Below, in pieces: positions 51,099 to 64,000 of a stretch of DNA of 64,000 nt; position 1 is the first letter of the stretch, and the number at the start of each line of letters is the position of its first letter. The stretch lies in the NCBI GenBank assembly GCA_965153355.1, contig OZ231126.1, forward strand, positions 47,182,001-47,246,000, in the 5' to 3' direction. Under the pieces are notes generated by a model. The model saw only the letters and a program-made list of their open reading frames with translations, did no database searches and was not told the origin of the DNA. A program made the position numbers and the translations under genes. Source of the stretch: Flaccisagitta enflata. Taxonomy: Eukaryota.

Positions 51099-51607
51099 CA
51101 GTAGATGTCGTCTAAACTTGGAAATACGGGGGCCCACATATCACAACTACCATTTGTGCCAATGAAATGAAACTGTGTGAGTATAATGCTTATGTCCCAT
51201 AGGGTTGACGATGGGGTATGGCAGCTCTGTGGATAAAAAATTCTTTTGAATTTACTAAATCATATTAGCTCCACTTGGACAGCTGTCAGAATTGGTCAAG
51301 TGGTTAACTCACTTAACTTCCAATCTATCATGGTCAGTCTATTTCTTTGAAGGTTCCAGGTTCGAATCCCATGCTGGTTTTGCAATTAGAGCAAATAGAT
51401 GAAGCTGAATTTCTGCCATAAAAGTGATTGATCCTAATGTTTTATACTAAAAGTTTTTTTTGTAAGGTAAGCTGTAGGGGGATGCCATACCCCATCGTCA
51501 ACCCTTTAGGGTCTAAACATTACACCAGCAAAATATCAGTCCCCTCACTGTACTCATGCTCAGGTTATGAGCTCCCCCGTATTTCCAAGTCTAGACGACA
51601 TCTACTG
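51099..51607. mobile_element. TA-flanked MITE sharing termini with 7055-7560
   Basis: cagtagatgtcgtctaaacttggaaatacggggg ... cccccgtatttccaagtctagacgacatctactg. Confidence 0.88.
51285..51378 (+). pseudogene. Degenerate tRNA-like sequence (pseudo-tRNA or SINE head)
   Basis: A box tggtcaagtgg (51293) and B box ggttcgaatcc (51359); imperfect acceptor stem gtcagaa/tgctggt; poor T stem. Confidence 0.5.
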
Positions 51608-52766
51608 TACAATTCTGGAAGCGAGAATTTCACAAATACAACATTTGGGTGCCTCACATAGCAAAAGTTGGTTATTTCTTTTCACCCTCTTTACGGAATG
51701 TGGAATGGCCAATTTTACGACCCTTAGCATTTTTCTTTTATCAAAAATTATTCATCTTCCGTTTTCTAAAAAATTGTTTTTGAGGACCTAATTTGCATAA
51801 TGCAGTGCACTAGTGGGATGAAACAATATGCTGACATTCTTTGAATTAACTTTTATTAATTTTTACTCTTCAAAGAATTATTGATCTGCCTCTTCATAAG
51901 CTCTTCCATAGCTTATCATCTGATATTTTAATTTATCTTTAAAAATATTATGATTTTCTGAAATGAATTCTTACTCTTTTGGTACCAAAACTACATAGGA
52001 TTTTGCTGAATTCTGGGAAATCTGTGGAAACTTTAAGGCCAAAACAAAAACGGAAGATGAAAGAATTTTGAAAAAAGGAAAACGGTCATCTTCATGATTT
52101 TTATTCCTCCATATTCCCCCAGTAGGGTGAGAGGATACTCCCAACTTTTGCAATATGGAGCACCCAAATACAACATCTTACCAAATTTAAAGCGAGTATC
52201 GGTGTGTCCATTGGTAGGTAGGTAGGTCCTTAGGTACAGTCTAAGAGTCCCTCTTGCCAAAGATAGTGGGGGCAAGAGTAATAGCAACCGACTATCATGG
52301 TGAAGAAATCATCCTTCTATTCTTTGGTATTTTAAAAATTAATCCCCTGACTTTATTTACTTTCCCATCATGCTTGCCCCTCTTATCTCAAGTTTAAACA
52401 ACATCTTTACGATCTCGACCCAAATAGCGGATAGCATTACTGCCCCTGCTCCTCTTCCGCAAGTGACTACCTATTGGTTGTGTAGCCGGTCTTGCTCAAA
52501 ATCAGAGAGATTGTTGCACTGATTAATTAAGTACGACTTCCTGACAAAAACGAGTCCAGATAAGGTTATGCTATCAGTCAACGTCGATCTAAAATTGATT
52601 TCTTAGCGACTCTTCTACATCTCAGGGGTGATTTAAATTGAGTCGCCTTTGATTCCTGTCCCGCTCCTGCCTTGGATTTTATTCCTCGCGGTCGAAATAA
52701 ATGAATTTCCTCCCCATAGAAAATTTCAACAATCCAGGGTACCGTAATCAGAAATTATTCAGCTTA

Positions 52767-53171
52767 CAGACGGGACCATTTTAAGAGCTGAGGCGGGACC
52801 CTAAATGTTAGCACCTCCCCTACGGCCCACTGTGTTCAGACAATTTTGACACTTACTGTGGCGATTGACACCTTAGGTAGGTACAAGTGGCGCCACCGTG
52901 GCGATTTTTTAATTTCCATTTAGAACATCAATAAATTTAGTGAAATCACCCAAATCTGCCCAAATAAAATTAAACAGTTTTTTTCATGAATTTTAAAACT
53001 TTGGGGGTGTTCTAGGTGGAAATTCAAAAATCGCCACGGTGGCGCCACTTGAACCCATCTAAGGTGTCAACCGCCATAGTAAGTGTCAAAATTATCTGAA
53101 CACAATGGGCTGTAGGGGGGAGGGTGCTAACGCTTAGGGTCCCGCCTCAGCTCTTAAAATGGTCCCGTCTG
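52767..53171. mobile_element. TA-flanked, almost fully palindromic MITE
   Basis: cagacgggaccattttaagagctgaggcgggaccctaa ... ttagggtcccgcctcagctcttaaaatggtcccgtctg. Confidence 0.92.
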
Positions 53172-53733
53172 TAGTTCATCAATCGTTTGATAAAAAGTAG
53201 TTCACCGGTAGGTCTTTTAAACATCCCTCAAAATCTTCTGTTTCGAAATCCTAGGAGCTGAAAAAAATCTTGACAGAGATACGTACTGAATCAAACACGA
53301 GAATGTCTGCGTAGATCCCACGACCATTTGATTGACGAAACCTCGGCAACTCTTTGTAATCTCTAAATAGGCTTCGTTGAAGCTAATAATGAGGGCTGAC
53401 GACAGTATTGAAAACCACGAAAGTTTTGTGAAATACGCTTCAATCGATACTTCTTACCTTCCCCTCCCCCCTCCTCCCCTGGTAAATACCCATCGATGGA
53501 AGTCGGCCATATGGAACGCTTTTTCAAAATCAGAAACGTGATTAATGTTGTCATTTGCTAATTTCCACACTGATGCACGAGCAATATCGATAGTGCGGCG
53601 ATCACAAAGTATTTACTATTAAAACTGCGGTAATGAGTCATATAACGGGCCGTGTAAAAGGAAAAGTGAGAGATGAATTGTTTACCTAAATCATTCGTAG
53701 CTGATGAGAACCAACCTTGGCCGCGCAATACAC

Positions 53734-53771
53734 GAGAGAGAGAGAGAGAAAGAGAGAGGGAAAGAAAGAGA

Positions 53772-53868
<97 letters not shown>

Positions 53869-53933
53869 ACGAAAGAAAGAAAGAAAAAAAGAAAGAGAGA
53901 GAGAAAGAAAGAAAGAAAAAAAGAAAGAGAGAG

Positions 53934-53964
<31 letters not shown>

Positions 53965-53965
53965 A

Positions 53966-54061
<96 letters not shown>

Positions 54062-54162
54062 GAAAGAGTCAAAGCGAGAAGGAGTAAAAGAGAAAAAGAA
54101 AGAGAGAAGGAATAAAAGAGAAAAAGAAAGAGAGAAAGAAAAGAAAAGAAAAGAAAAAAAAA

Positions 54163-54214
<52 letters not shown>
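53734..54214. repeat. (GA)n/(GAAA)n compound microsatellite downstream of the EPC stop codon
   Basis: Direct reading. Confidence 0.95.
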
Positions 54215-54215
<1 letters not shown>

Positions 54216-54364
54216 GCAATCAGACACACGGACACTGACCGACAGAGACGGAAAGAGCGACACCAAGAGGAAACGATTGATACAAAAGAGATACGACATA
54301 GTGGGTGATGTACCACGAGATATCAACGATGAAGGGAACGGTAAAAAAGCTAAGTCATGAGTAT

Positions 54365-57300
54365 TCATTTTGAGGGTCCATTTAATAGGGAAACGGCAAC
54401 AGGCGCCACGTGAGGCGACCCTGAAGGATGATTGGACACTGAGGGCAGTCCAGTAACTGAGGAAGAAGATGATATGGATGAGGATGGTGAAGGGGATGAA
54501 GACGTTGACGATGAATTGACGACTTTACTGAGAGAAGTCGGTAAAGAGGAAGGAGAGGCGGCGCTCCCGACCCCGGCCGCACCGCCAATATTGTTCGAGG
54601 CATGATGAATCACGTTGTTGCTTAATTTCATAAACGATTTTTGTTGCTGTCTAAGTTGAGGTTGCGCCGCGTTTAGCGTTCCTTGGGTCACCTTACTACC
54701 GCTGGCAAGAGACGTGACGACGGAAGTGGCGCTCGCACTTTCCACGAGATTTGCATTACTGGCGACTCCAGAGTTTTCTAAACCAATTGTCAATCCACTT
54801 TTACTCGTTACCGCCTTGGAGATCGATGAGACTGACACGCCACGCGACGGCGAAGCACGCGTAGATGAAGTCGTGGCAGACAGCGATACCGCTAGGTTAT
54901 GGTGCGTCGGTGTCGACGGCTGAGGTATCGTTGTCACGGCAGGTTGTTTCGCGCCGATTGTTTGCGTTATTTGTTGGCGTAGGTCGGCCGTGGACACCAT
55001 CGCGGCCGACTTCGTGATTTGAGCCGCTGGCTGCGAGTGTTTCAAATGGGTCTGAGGCGAAGCCACGGTCATAGACGTCACGACCGAAAGAGCGGATGGG
55101 GAAACGCTGGAAGCGATTACGCGATTAGGACTTCGCTGCGCCAGCGTGTGCTGCTGCTGCGGCTGAAGAGTGCTTTTGATAATAGGCTGTTGAATGCTCT
55201 GAAGGGAATGAGTCATGCCCGCCGCCAAGAAACGCTGTTGTTGTTGCACAACGGTAGTGGCGTTGGCGGGGATACCGGTCAACGGTATTCCCATAGCCGA
55301 CGTTAACTGACCCGTGGACTTGGACGACGTCAGAACTGCGGCCGTTCCGATAGGTGGCGAAGAAGAGATGGATGGAGGAACCGACAACAACGTCGCGGAG
55401 GCAGAACCAGCGAGGATGTTCGCCGCGGAAATATTTGAAGATATCGAAGACACTTGTTTCAACGACGACGGCGCAACAGCAGACGTGGTGGAAGTGGTCG
55501 TCGCGACGACGGCGTTGAGTACGCTGGTCGTCATGGTGGGAAAGGAAGCGTTGGATACAGCATTCATCGATATCGTTCCTATTGGACCCACGGTCTTCAA
55601 CACCGGAGTCACTTTGTTAATCCCACTCATCACAACCGTGGAAGTGGATGCGATACCACAAGGCTGCTGTAGCGATACGATAGTACTGTTAAAGCTAGCC
55701 GCGTTTGGAGATTTCAGTCGCGGAGTAGCCTGGTTGAATCCCGGCAAGACGCGACTGAATTGAGCGTTTGCCGCCATCGTCGCATTGGGGTTGTTAATCT
55801 GCGTCGTAGATCGCGACGGAGATGCGTTGTTTGTCACGCCCAACTGAGAGGAAGGCAGAGCACCCGTTTGCGTCGTCACGACGAGTGTCGTCGCCGCGCT
55901 GAACGACCCCTGATTGTTGGCAGAGTTTAAGGCGGGCGCGACGACGCCAGATACTAGCTGAACCACGCCGGGTGTGGACAACTGGTTGACAACGGCTGGT
56001 GAAGTGGCCAAACGTTTGTGCCCCAATTGTAGCGGCGAGCTGACAACAGCGTTGGCGAAAGAAGCCTGAGGAAGAGCCGAGAATGATACCAATTGCTGCT
56101 TCTGTGGTTGGTTGTTCTGTTCCACCATGAGTATATTACTCGCGAAGGGAGCTGGCGCTTTCCCGGAGTTTTTCACAGGCGAAGGCTGAAATGTTTGAAA
56201 TTGTTGCGTGGCCTGCGAAATGGAGCCATCAGAAATGGAAATCGGCGCGACGGCTTGAGAAGGCGCGAATGAGGAGCCAGTGACGCTAGTGGATTGTTTT
56301 TGACGTTCGAGTAGCTGGGGATGAAACATGACAGATGGCTGTTGCTGTAAGTTTTGATGATTCGTCACAGAACTTGAAATTGTCAATGGTGCGGATTGCG
56401 AAGATGCGAGTGTTGTCGGCGGAATAAGCGGTGGAGTGGGCGTAGAAGATGCAGAACGGAGATGGGACGAAGAGGATGGCGATGGAAGTGGCGAGGGTCG
56501 CGGCGACGATGGAGTAGATGAGGTTAGTGGCGGAAATGACGAAGAACTTCCGACGCGCGTTTGGCCAACAGTCACGCCGTTGCCAACGGTGCTTGTAATC
56601 GTACTGAGATTGAAAGATTGGCGCGATACAGGGGTCATAGACCGGTGACCCGACTGATGAGTTTGCTGGTGAGGTATTGTCGCATCGAAATTGGAGGGAT
56701 TGACCTGGAGAACTGAAGCTGTAGACGCAACGGCTGGTTGGTTTGGGAAACTAGCGGCACCTCCGGGAAGTACGGCTGCTCCTCCTCCTCCTCCTCCCAA
56801 CGTCGTCGATTTGACCGAAGACGACGGTGCATGAAGTGCGTTGAGGGCGTGGGCGACCGAAGCCTCCGCGAGGACGACATGATCTGGGCAAGCTCTCTTC
56901 TTCTCTATGGGCGTGTGAGAGACGGACGAAGCACTGCTGACAATGCCTCTCGTAGTATCAACCACTGGGCCAAAGGCGGACGAATTTGGATCGATACCAC
57001 CTACTACCGCGTAGGATGGTATCAACCCTGAACCAGATCGAGCGGCAGCAACCGAAGAGACCAGCTTAACGTCGTCGGATGTCTGGCAACTTCTTTGCAT
57101 AGCCAGCAGAATTCGCATTTGAAGATTATACTTCTCGGCTCCATCAAGGATTTCTGTCGATTTTGTCATCGTTCCATACGACGACATACTGGATAACTGA
57201 GATTTGTCCGAGCGTTTAGTCCGTTCATCATCCGTCGATTCAGAACCGAGGCTTTTAAAAGGCGAGGTCGTTGTAACGATGGCGTCGATAGATGAGGATT

Positions 57301-60300
57301 TCGCTGACGTCGATACACACACCCGCGACCGATAGAAATTCCTGCGAAAAGATTGAAATGGAAAGAAGTGAATGAAATCCTGGGTGAAAGAGGATAAAAC
57401 GAGTGAGAGAAAGATCGAAAGATAAGCATGAAAGGACGATGTGAGAAAAAGCAACAACGTATTGAAAGGATAGGGCGAGGAGAGATGGATGTACGTAATG
57501 GACGAACGACGGTAAAGATAAGACGAAAGACCAAGTGCATAGACGAAAGATTGGATGGAAGACAGAGTGAATGGCGGGGTTGGAAGGCGTAGTGAATGAA
57601 GGGCTGGAAGGCGTAGTGGGCGAAGGGCTGGAAGGCATAGTTAGTGAATGGACAGAAGACGTATTAAATGTATGGATGAAAGATGTATGGCAGAAAGACG
57701 TAGTGAATGAATGGCTGGATGATGTAGTGAATGAATGGCTGGATGATGTAGTGAATGAATGGCTGGAAGTGGTAGATAACAAATGGCTGGAAATCGTAGT
57801 GAGTGAATGGCTGAAGGACGTAGTGAATGAATGGCTGGAAGATGTAGTGAATGAATGGATGTAAGATGTAGTGAATGAATGGCTGGAAGATGTAGTGAAT
57901 GAATGGCTGGAAGATGTAGTGAATGAATGGCTGGAAGATGTAGTGAATGAATGGCTGGAAGATGTAGTGAATGAATGGCTGGAAGATGTAGTAAATGAAT
58001 GGCTGGAAGATGTAGTGAATGAATGGCTGGAAGATGTAGTGAATGAATGGCTAGAAGGCGTAGTGAGTGAAGGGCTAGAAGGCGTAGTGAGTGAAGGGCT
58101 AGAAGGCGTAGTGAATGAAGGGCTGCTAGGCGTTGTGAATGTAAGGCTGCAAGGCGGAGGGCATAGTGAATTAAGGTCTGGAAGGCATAGTAAATGAAGA
58201 GCTGCAAGGCGTAGTGAATGGAAGGCTGCAATGCATAATGACTGAATGGATATAAGATGTAGTGAATGAATGGCTGAAGGATGGTGTGAATGAATGGGTT
58301 GTAAGACAGTGCACAAATGGCTGGAAGACAAAGTGAATGAATGGCTGGAAGACGTAGGGAATGAATGGCTGAAAGCCGTAGTGAATGAATGGCTGAAAGA
58401 TGTAGTAAATGAATAGCTGGAAGATGAAGTGAATGAATGGCTGGAAGATGAAGTGAATGAATGGCTGGAAGATGTAGTGAATGAATGGCTGGAAGATGTA
58501 GTGAATGAATGGCTGGAAGGTGTAGTGAGTGAAGGGCTAGAAGGCGTAGTGAATGAAGGGCTGCTAGGCGTTGTGAATGAAAGGCTGCAAGGCGTAGTGA
58601 ATGAAAGGCTGCAAGGCGGAGGTGAATGAAAGGCTGCAAGACAAAGTGAGTGAATGGACAAGACGTAGTGAATGAATGACTGGAAGATGTTGTGAATGAA
58701 TGGCTGGAAGACGTGATTGAATGGCTGAAAGACGTTGTGACAGTGATGAAAGAATATGAGGCGTAATGAAAGAATAAGAAATGTTGAAAAAATTATAGTA
58801 CACAATGAGCAAATGACAGATGAAACTGGTAAATGAATGGCAGATATACTGAGTATGATAGACGGTATAAGTGAACGAAAGATGTAATGAAAGAATACGA
58901 CAACAAGGCCGGATACACGGCCAATACCAGTCGCGGATGGGTGGGCAGGGGCGGAATTACGCGTTTTAGCACTTCCAAACTCGTTTATTACCAACGGACG
59001 GACGGACGGACAAAGCCTCTTGTAGAGTCGCTAGTCCGCGACTAAAAAGAGATGAGTGAATGAGTTATGTAATGAGTGAATGAAAGAAGTAATGAGTGAA
59101 TGAAAGATGTAATGAGTGAATGAAAGATGTAATGACTTTTTTTGAATTGATGAAATGAATGAGAGATGCACATGGATGTAATGGATAAAAGATGCGAATG
59201 GTGAGAGATGTGACGGGTGGGAGACGTATTGAATAAGAAATGTATTGAATGAAAAATGTATTGAATGGTAGCTGTGATAAATGTAAGATGAACGACAAAA
59301 TGAATGGAATATGTGACAAGGCCAACACCTTACAGTCGCGTGCGGTCGTTATCTAAGAGACTAAAGGACTAAAAGATTAACAGACCAAAAGACCAAGACA
59401 CTAGATGTAAATTGTCTTGAAATAACTTAAAATGACTTGATATGACGTAAGACGACAAAAAAAGCTAGGCGTGACGGATCGACCGACGGACAGAGCGGGT
59501 CATAGAGTCGCGTGCACGCGACTAATAAATTCATCCGAGAAATTGAGAAAAGTGATCTCTAACTTTGATATTTAAGCGAGAGCAAGATGTGAGAAGAAAA
59601 GGCCGTTTTTTCATTACCACTCATTGGCGTCTAGCATAGACAACTCGCGATCACTGGGCAGTCCATTGGGTAGCGTTTCCGAGCCATGTCTACTCGTTGA
59701 CAAGGTGGCGACGCTGGGCGTACACGTTGATTCTGTTAACGAGGGCTTCGCTCGCTCCTCCTCCCGATTCAGGGTCGAGGTCAAACGATCCCACAAGCCA
59801 GTTCCATCCAAGGCAGTCCAGCCACGGTCGAAATTCTCTCGGCCCCCTCGGCCTCGACGTCGACGCGCAAATCCCAAGGCGCGTTCCGATGGATGAGGAA
59901 TCTCGCTCTCTACGCCGAGCTCATCGACGTGTCGAGGATGCCGATACTGTCGCCATCCACGTCGCCGCGCATCGTCGTAGGGATGATGACGAGATCGTAT
60001 GGCGGTGCACGTGTAGCGGTATCGCAAGTCCGTGAGAAGACGAATATTCGGAGCCGAAGTGGAAGGCGTGGGTACCGTCGTCGACGTGAACGACGCTGCA
60101 GACTCCGACGACGATGTTGGAACCGTCGACGCGGTTTTGGAGGAAGACAGCCGAGACGACTTTAAACCGAAGGTGCTTTCCACATCAAACTCCCACGGGT
60201 AGGAACCAAACCCATCCGATTTCGCCTGCAATTGAGAAATGGCGCGCCAGTTACAGTAGATTATTTCTCGAAACAAACGCTCTCAACAATGACGTCCCTG

Positions 60301-63300
60301 AATGACAAAATTGTTACTTACGGCCATATAATTGCAACCCCTTTTCCGTTTGAAGGCAAAAGGCCCATCGGCGTCACTCTCATCGTCGACTTCAGATTCA
60401 TTTCGTAACTGAAGATGAGATAAAAGTTAAAATCCATAATCAGAACGACGCAACACGCCCTGAGGCTTAACCTTGACCAATTTGATGTCAAGGACTTTCA
60501 AACTTTCATTGCATTTAATGAATTTATTCAGAAGCATTTAATCGGTAAGTTGTAGTTAGCGGTAGACGGATCACAGACCAGGGGAAAGATAAACACAGCG
60601 ACAAGGACACGCTTACGGACCGCATGCGTATTTCAAGCAAGATCACAATAATTGATTACCGGTGAGGGAGATTCCTCCCCTGAGCTGAAGCCGACGTCGA
60701 CATCGTTACCCCCCGTCGACGTTACGTGTGGACTGTCGACCCTTTGAGGCGCGTTCGGCGAGTGATGTTGCGACGAGGAAGCGACGGATGGCGATACGCT
60801 CCCTGAACCATCAGTCACGACTCCGATCATCGAAGAACTGGATATGGCTTCGGAATTTCGATCGACCTCCGCGTTTGCTTGAGACAAAAGTTTTTTCTTT
60901 TTGTTCCGTTTGATGTGACGCTTGCGAATTTCCTGAGTTTGGATAAAAACTGCTGGCTTAGTCTCTCTGACGACGCAGATCCGTGTTAAACGATTAGTAA
61001 AATGAGTGCCAATGATTGTTGGTCTTATTTTTAGAGTCAAGCTCCCAAAACTGCTTAACACAGCGATGAAATTCAAAGTCCTCAGTTGGATAGAAAAATC
61101 CCGTCTGGACAGTTGGGTCCTACCCCAACGCTACTAATTCTAAGATAATCCCCGCCGAAAGTTAGATCACGAACAATTGCAAATAAAAGTAAAGACCCAT
61201 ACCGGTCTCGAAGCGGGCTCGACCCAAGGCGTCGACGCACTACCCCTAAAGAACTGCGACAACTCCGTCGCTGGATTTGCAGCCGCGTAAACATTACTGT
61301 TGAAGGCTTGACAGGCCAATTGCTTCACATCTTTCAGGACAACTCCGTCGAAATCTTGAAGCTGGGACGCGAGAGAATGAGTTACATGGACATAGGGTTA
61401 AAAACGTCAGGAAGCACCAAATGATTGGTAGAAGTATGAATACAATCACGTTCTGACGAGACTAACCTGGTATCTTTTTTCAAAAATTTCGATGGTAAGT
61501 TGCAACAGTTCTTTTTTGCATTTCTCCCGCTTCTTCACCATTTCCAATATGCTCAACGCTCTTTTGAGTTCAAAGCCCATCTTGAACATCTTTTCATAGG
61601 ATATCTCGTCATTCTTTCGATTTTTCCGAGTCTGCATCTTTTCCGTTCGTCGCCTGCGGATGAGAAGCACGATGATGAAAGCTTTCGAAAGCGGTAAGAT
61701 TGTCGTCGTCATCGTCATGGTAGCTTCTATCATCGCCTAAGTCGATTACGTCGCCAATTGTTATTAGGCCAGGAGACATAGATGAAAACTATATAACTTG
61801 GTCTAACTTTTCCCTAATTTGAACATATCTCACTCAAAAGCACCTCAGCTGTAATGACTTGCAAATGATCAAGTACATGTACAAGACGCATTCGGCAGCT
61901 TAATCAACATTTGATAGACCACCTGAAGGCCACGTAAGGATTGTTGGTGGTAGACCCATCTCGTTTCTCCGACTTGATCACAGGAAGTAAAGGGATGTTG
62001 GCGATTTGCCTCTTTTTTAACCAATACTCGTAGACGGCCGTTATGAGATCATCGTCTTCCTTCAACAGAACCTTAGCGTCCCGTAACTGACAGAAGTGAG
62101 GAGTGAGCATGTCATACGAGGTACATCATTGAACATGTAGCGGCTCCTTTTTCATTTAGGTTTGGGGTTTGAATTTGAGTTAGATCACATTCAATCGTTA
62201 AACCATAACTGCCATGCCAGTATCTTTGTTAGTTCTACCATCAGCAACTGAAGTGCAGCTATTATTAAATTCCCAACGAGCAACGATACAAATAGGCCAA
62301 AAAAGATTTGGACAAAGAAGACCAATGAACCTGCAAAATTTGATGCCCAGATCCCTTTTCTAGGCGGTCCATCATTTCCTCGAATTTAGCGTGAGTGAGG
62401 GTGACGGCGCTGTCCTGGCCCGAGCGCGCATTCAGCTTATCCTGCTGCTGAACGAGCCACTTTTCATCGTCATCGTCCATATCATAATCGGGGTGTTCTT
62501 GCTCCAGCAAATTTAGCGCCTAATTATGCAAGAGGATCGACGTCAAATTAACACTATTCAAGTGCAGCTCGAGCTAAATCCATCAACGATTGCATTCTGC
62601 TACTATATCAATCAAATAGACAGATAAGACTTTAACCTGGACATGAATCAACTGCTTTGGTAGCCTAAAGTCCTTCTCGTAGAGACTTTCGTAGTTGGCC
62701 ATGGCGCAGGCAACTTCCGGTGTTGGAATGACGAGAGCAGTGGCGGTTCCGTAACATTGCTGAGCAATGATCGCTCGCTGTAGATGATGTTCCTAAACAA
62801 GCAAAACATTTTCGGTTGAGAAACTCGTCCATTGCTAAGCAATGCTTGCTTGTTGCACTATACACCATATCAGCAAATCCGGCACAGTATAAATTTGGTC
62901 ACAAGTATTTTTTCCGGTTACGTTCAGTCCCATTGGCATAAAAGAGGTCCTCACAAGTAAAAATGTCCAGTTTTATGGGCCCCAGGAGGCCTTTGGGGCT
63001 CAAAATTGGGTTTTAACACAAGAAAAAATTTTAATAGGTATTTATTCCCTATCTAAGAAATTATCATTTTTATTGTCATGCCTGACTACAACACTGCTGG
63101 TGTCTTAAGGGCCCAGAAAAGTGACATGTAGTTTTAAAGGGACACCAAAAAACATTTTGAGGACAAGGAGCAATTTCTGTTACCAATTGTTCAATTTTTG
63201 TCATTCTCATGCAATGGTACAGCCTTACTTATGTCTAAGAAGCCATAACAACTAAATATACTCAGTGGAACAGAAACTGAAACACACATCTATCGGAACA

Positions 63301-63585
63301 CATCACTTTCTCTAGGCTTGATTGATCATTATGATGTACTCCAACACTCAGATCCAAATAACTAAGCAGAAGAAAAAACTACGTCTGTGCTCCACCAGCC
63401 CTAATCTAACTACCAATGCCGCCATTTACCGTCTCCTCTTCTTTTTCCATCCCCGTGGGCATTTCGGGGACAGTTCTATTGATGGTCGCCAAATCTTTGA
63501 GATCCGGAACATCTTCCTGGATGTATATGGGCATCGGCTTTATGGCGTCGAGCGCCCGTGCCCTGAACGAGAGCTTTGTCGTCAT
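54365..63585 (-). CDS. EPC1: Enhancer of polycomb homolog (NuA4/TIP60 subunit). Approximate exons 63585-63430, 62792-62637, 62519-62331, 62086-61923, 61653-61467, 61361-61203, 60932-60660, 60408-60322, 60225-59618, 57341-54365
   Basis: MTTKLSFRARALDAIKPMPIY..INRTVPEMPTGMEKEEET/EHHLQRAI; PDYDMDDDDEKW; FEEMMDRLEKGSG; VYEYWLKKR; RDGSTTNNPYVAFRRRTEKMQTRKNRKNDEISYEKM; DGPFAFKRK.GC.Y; LGFARRRRGRGGR..DR; all junctions GT-AG and in frame. Confidence 0.95.
57570..58740. repeat. 24-bp minisatellite (gtagtgaatgaatggctggaagat)n in the last EPC intron
   Basis: Direct reading; homogeneous core with degenerate edges. Confidence 0.9.
58903..59043 (-). mobile_element. HINE/DINE-1-like element in an EPC intron; another relative at about 59315-59523
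   Basis: Reverse complement of the 16121-type architecture. Confidence 0.8.
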
Positions 63586-63789
63586 TTTGGTCGAGACGAC
63601 GGGTCGCTCCCGTTGCGGCTGCCGAATAGACCCAATACCAGTTGAGTCACTGGGGGATCAGCTGGAAAGGTTCTAATACAGTCTAGTTAATCGAACTATC
63701 ATTGTCACCAATCAGTTTGTCGTTGGGTTGAGGAGGGGCAACGGGTTTTTGCACAGTATATTTTCCTCGTTGTTTGCAAGGCGCGTTCA

Positions 63790-63880
63790 TTTCGGAATCC
63801 AATATGGTGGCGCTGGGAAAATAGCCCAGAATGCATGCGCAAAATATTGCCCGCATGTTTCATAGATGGCGCATCTATAC
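63790..63880. promoter_or_regulatory. Possible EPC promoter region
   Basis: Clustered CCAAT, NRF1-like gcatgcgc and YY1-like agatggcg motifs 200-290 bp upstream of the ATG; motif match only. Confidence 0.3.
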
Positions 63881-64000
63881 AAAGGAAATTCGAATGGAAT
63901 CAATGATTTTAACGGTTAAAAAGCGCAACACAGTGCTCTCTTGTTTAAGTTGAGTTCTATGTTAAATTTGACTATTCTTTCTCAGGACAAAGTTTGTAAG

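Noticed and set aside
53558-54368. Long ERKK / SFFL ORFs
   Set aside because: Translations of (GA)n and (GAAA)n microsatellites; the same applies to the SLSL/ERER ORFs at 18.2, 29.1, 30.0, 36.8 and 45.4 kb
57255-58994. 579-aa SSHSFTT ORF and antisense DVVNEWLE ORFs
   Set aside because: 24-bp minisatellite inside an EPC intron with clean flanking GT-AG sites; the ORF begins in a transposon and is out of frame with EPC

Overview
Eukaryotic, intron-containing DNA from an invertebrate animal (the taxon cannot be fixed from sequence alone). I can assemble seven spliced protein-coding genes by hand, all on the minus strand and all with GT-AG introns. In transcription order they are an Enhancer of polycomb (EPC) homolog, a CUB-LDLa single-pass membrane protein, and then a compact block AAR2 > hnRNP K > ISCA1 > MRPS12 > mitochondrial-type ValRS (3' part missing beyond an assembly gap). 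The standout feature is operon-like packing. Three mitochondrial-protein genes (ISCA1, MRPS12, VARS2) are separated by only about 60 and 83 bp, AAR2 and hnRNP K by 220 bp, and unpaired splice-acceptor AGs lie upstream of the downstream start codons. This suggests polycistronic transcription resolved by spliced-leader trans-splicing (inference). The rest of the window is dense with non-autonomous DNA transposons: Helentron-associated HINE/DINE-1-like elements, TA-flanked Tc1/mariner-type MITEs and 8-bp-TSD hAT-like elements, often deeply nested, plus micro- and minisatellites and a GGAAT-type satellite at the left end. No autonomous transposase or CRISPR array was seen. Most ORFs in the supplied track are artefacts of repeats or antisense frames. 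Transposon boundaries were read by eye and may be off by a few bases.
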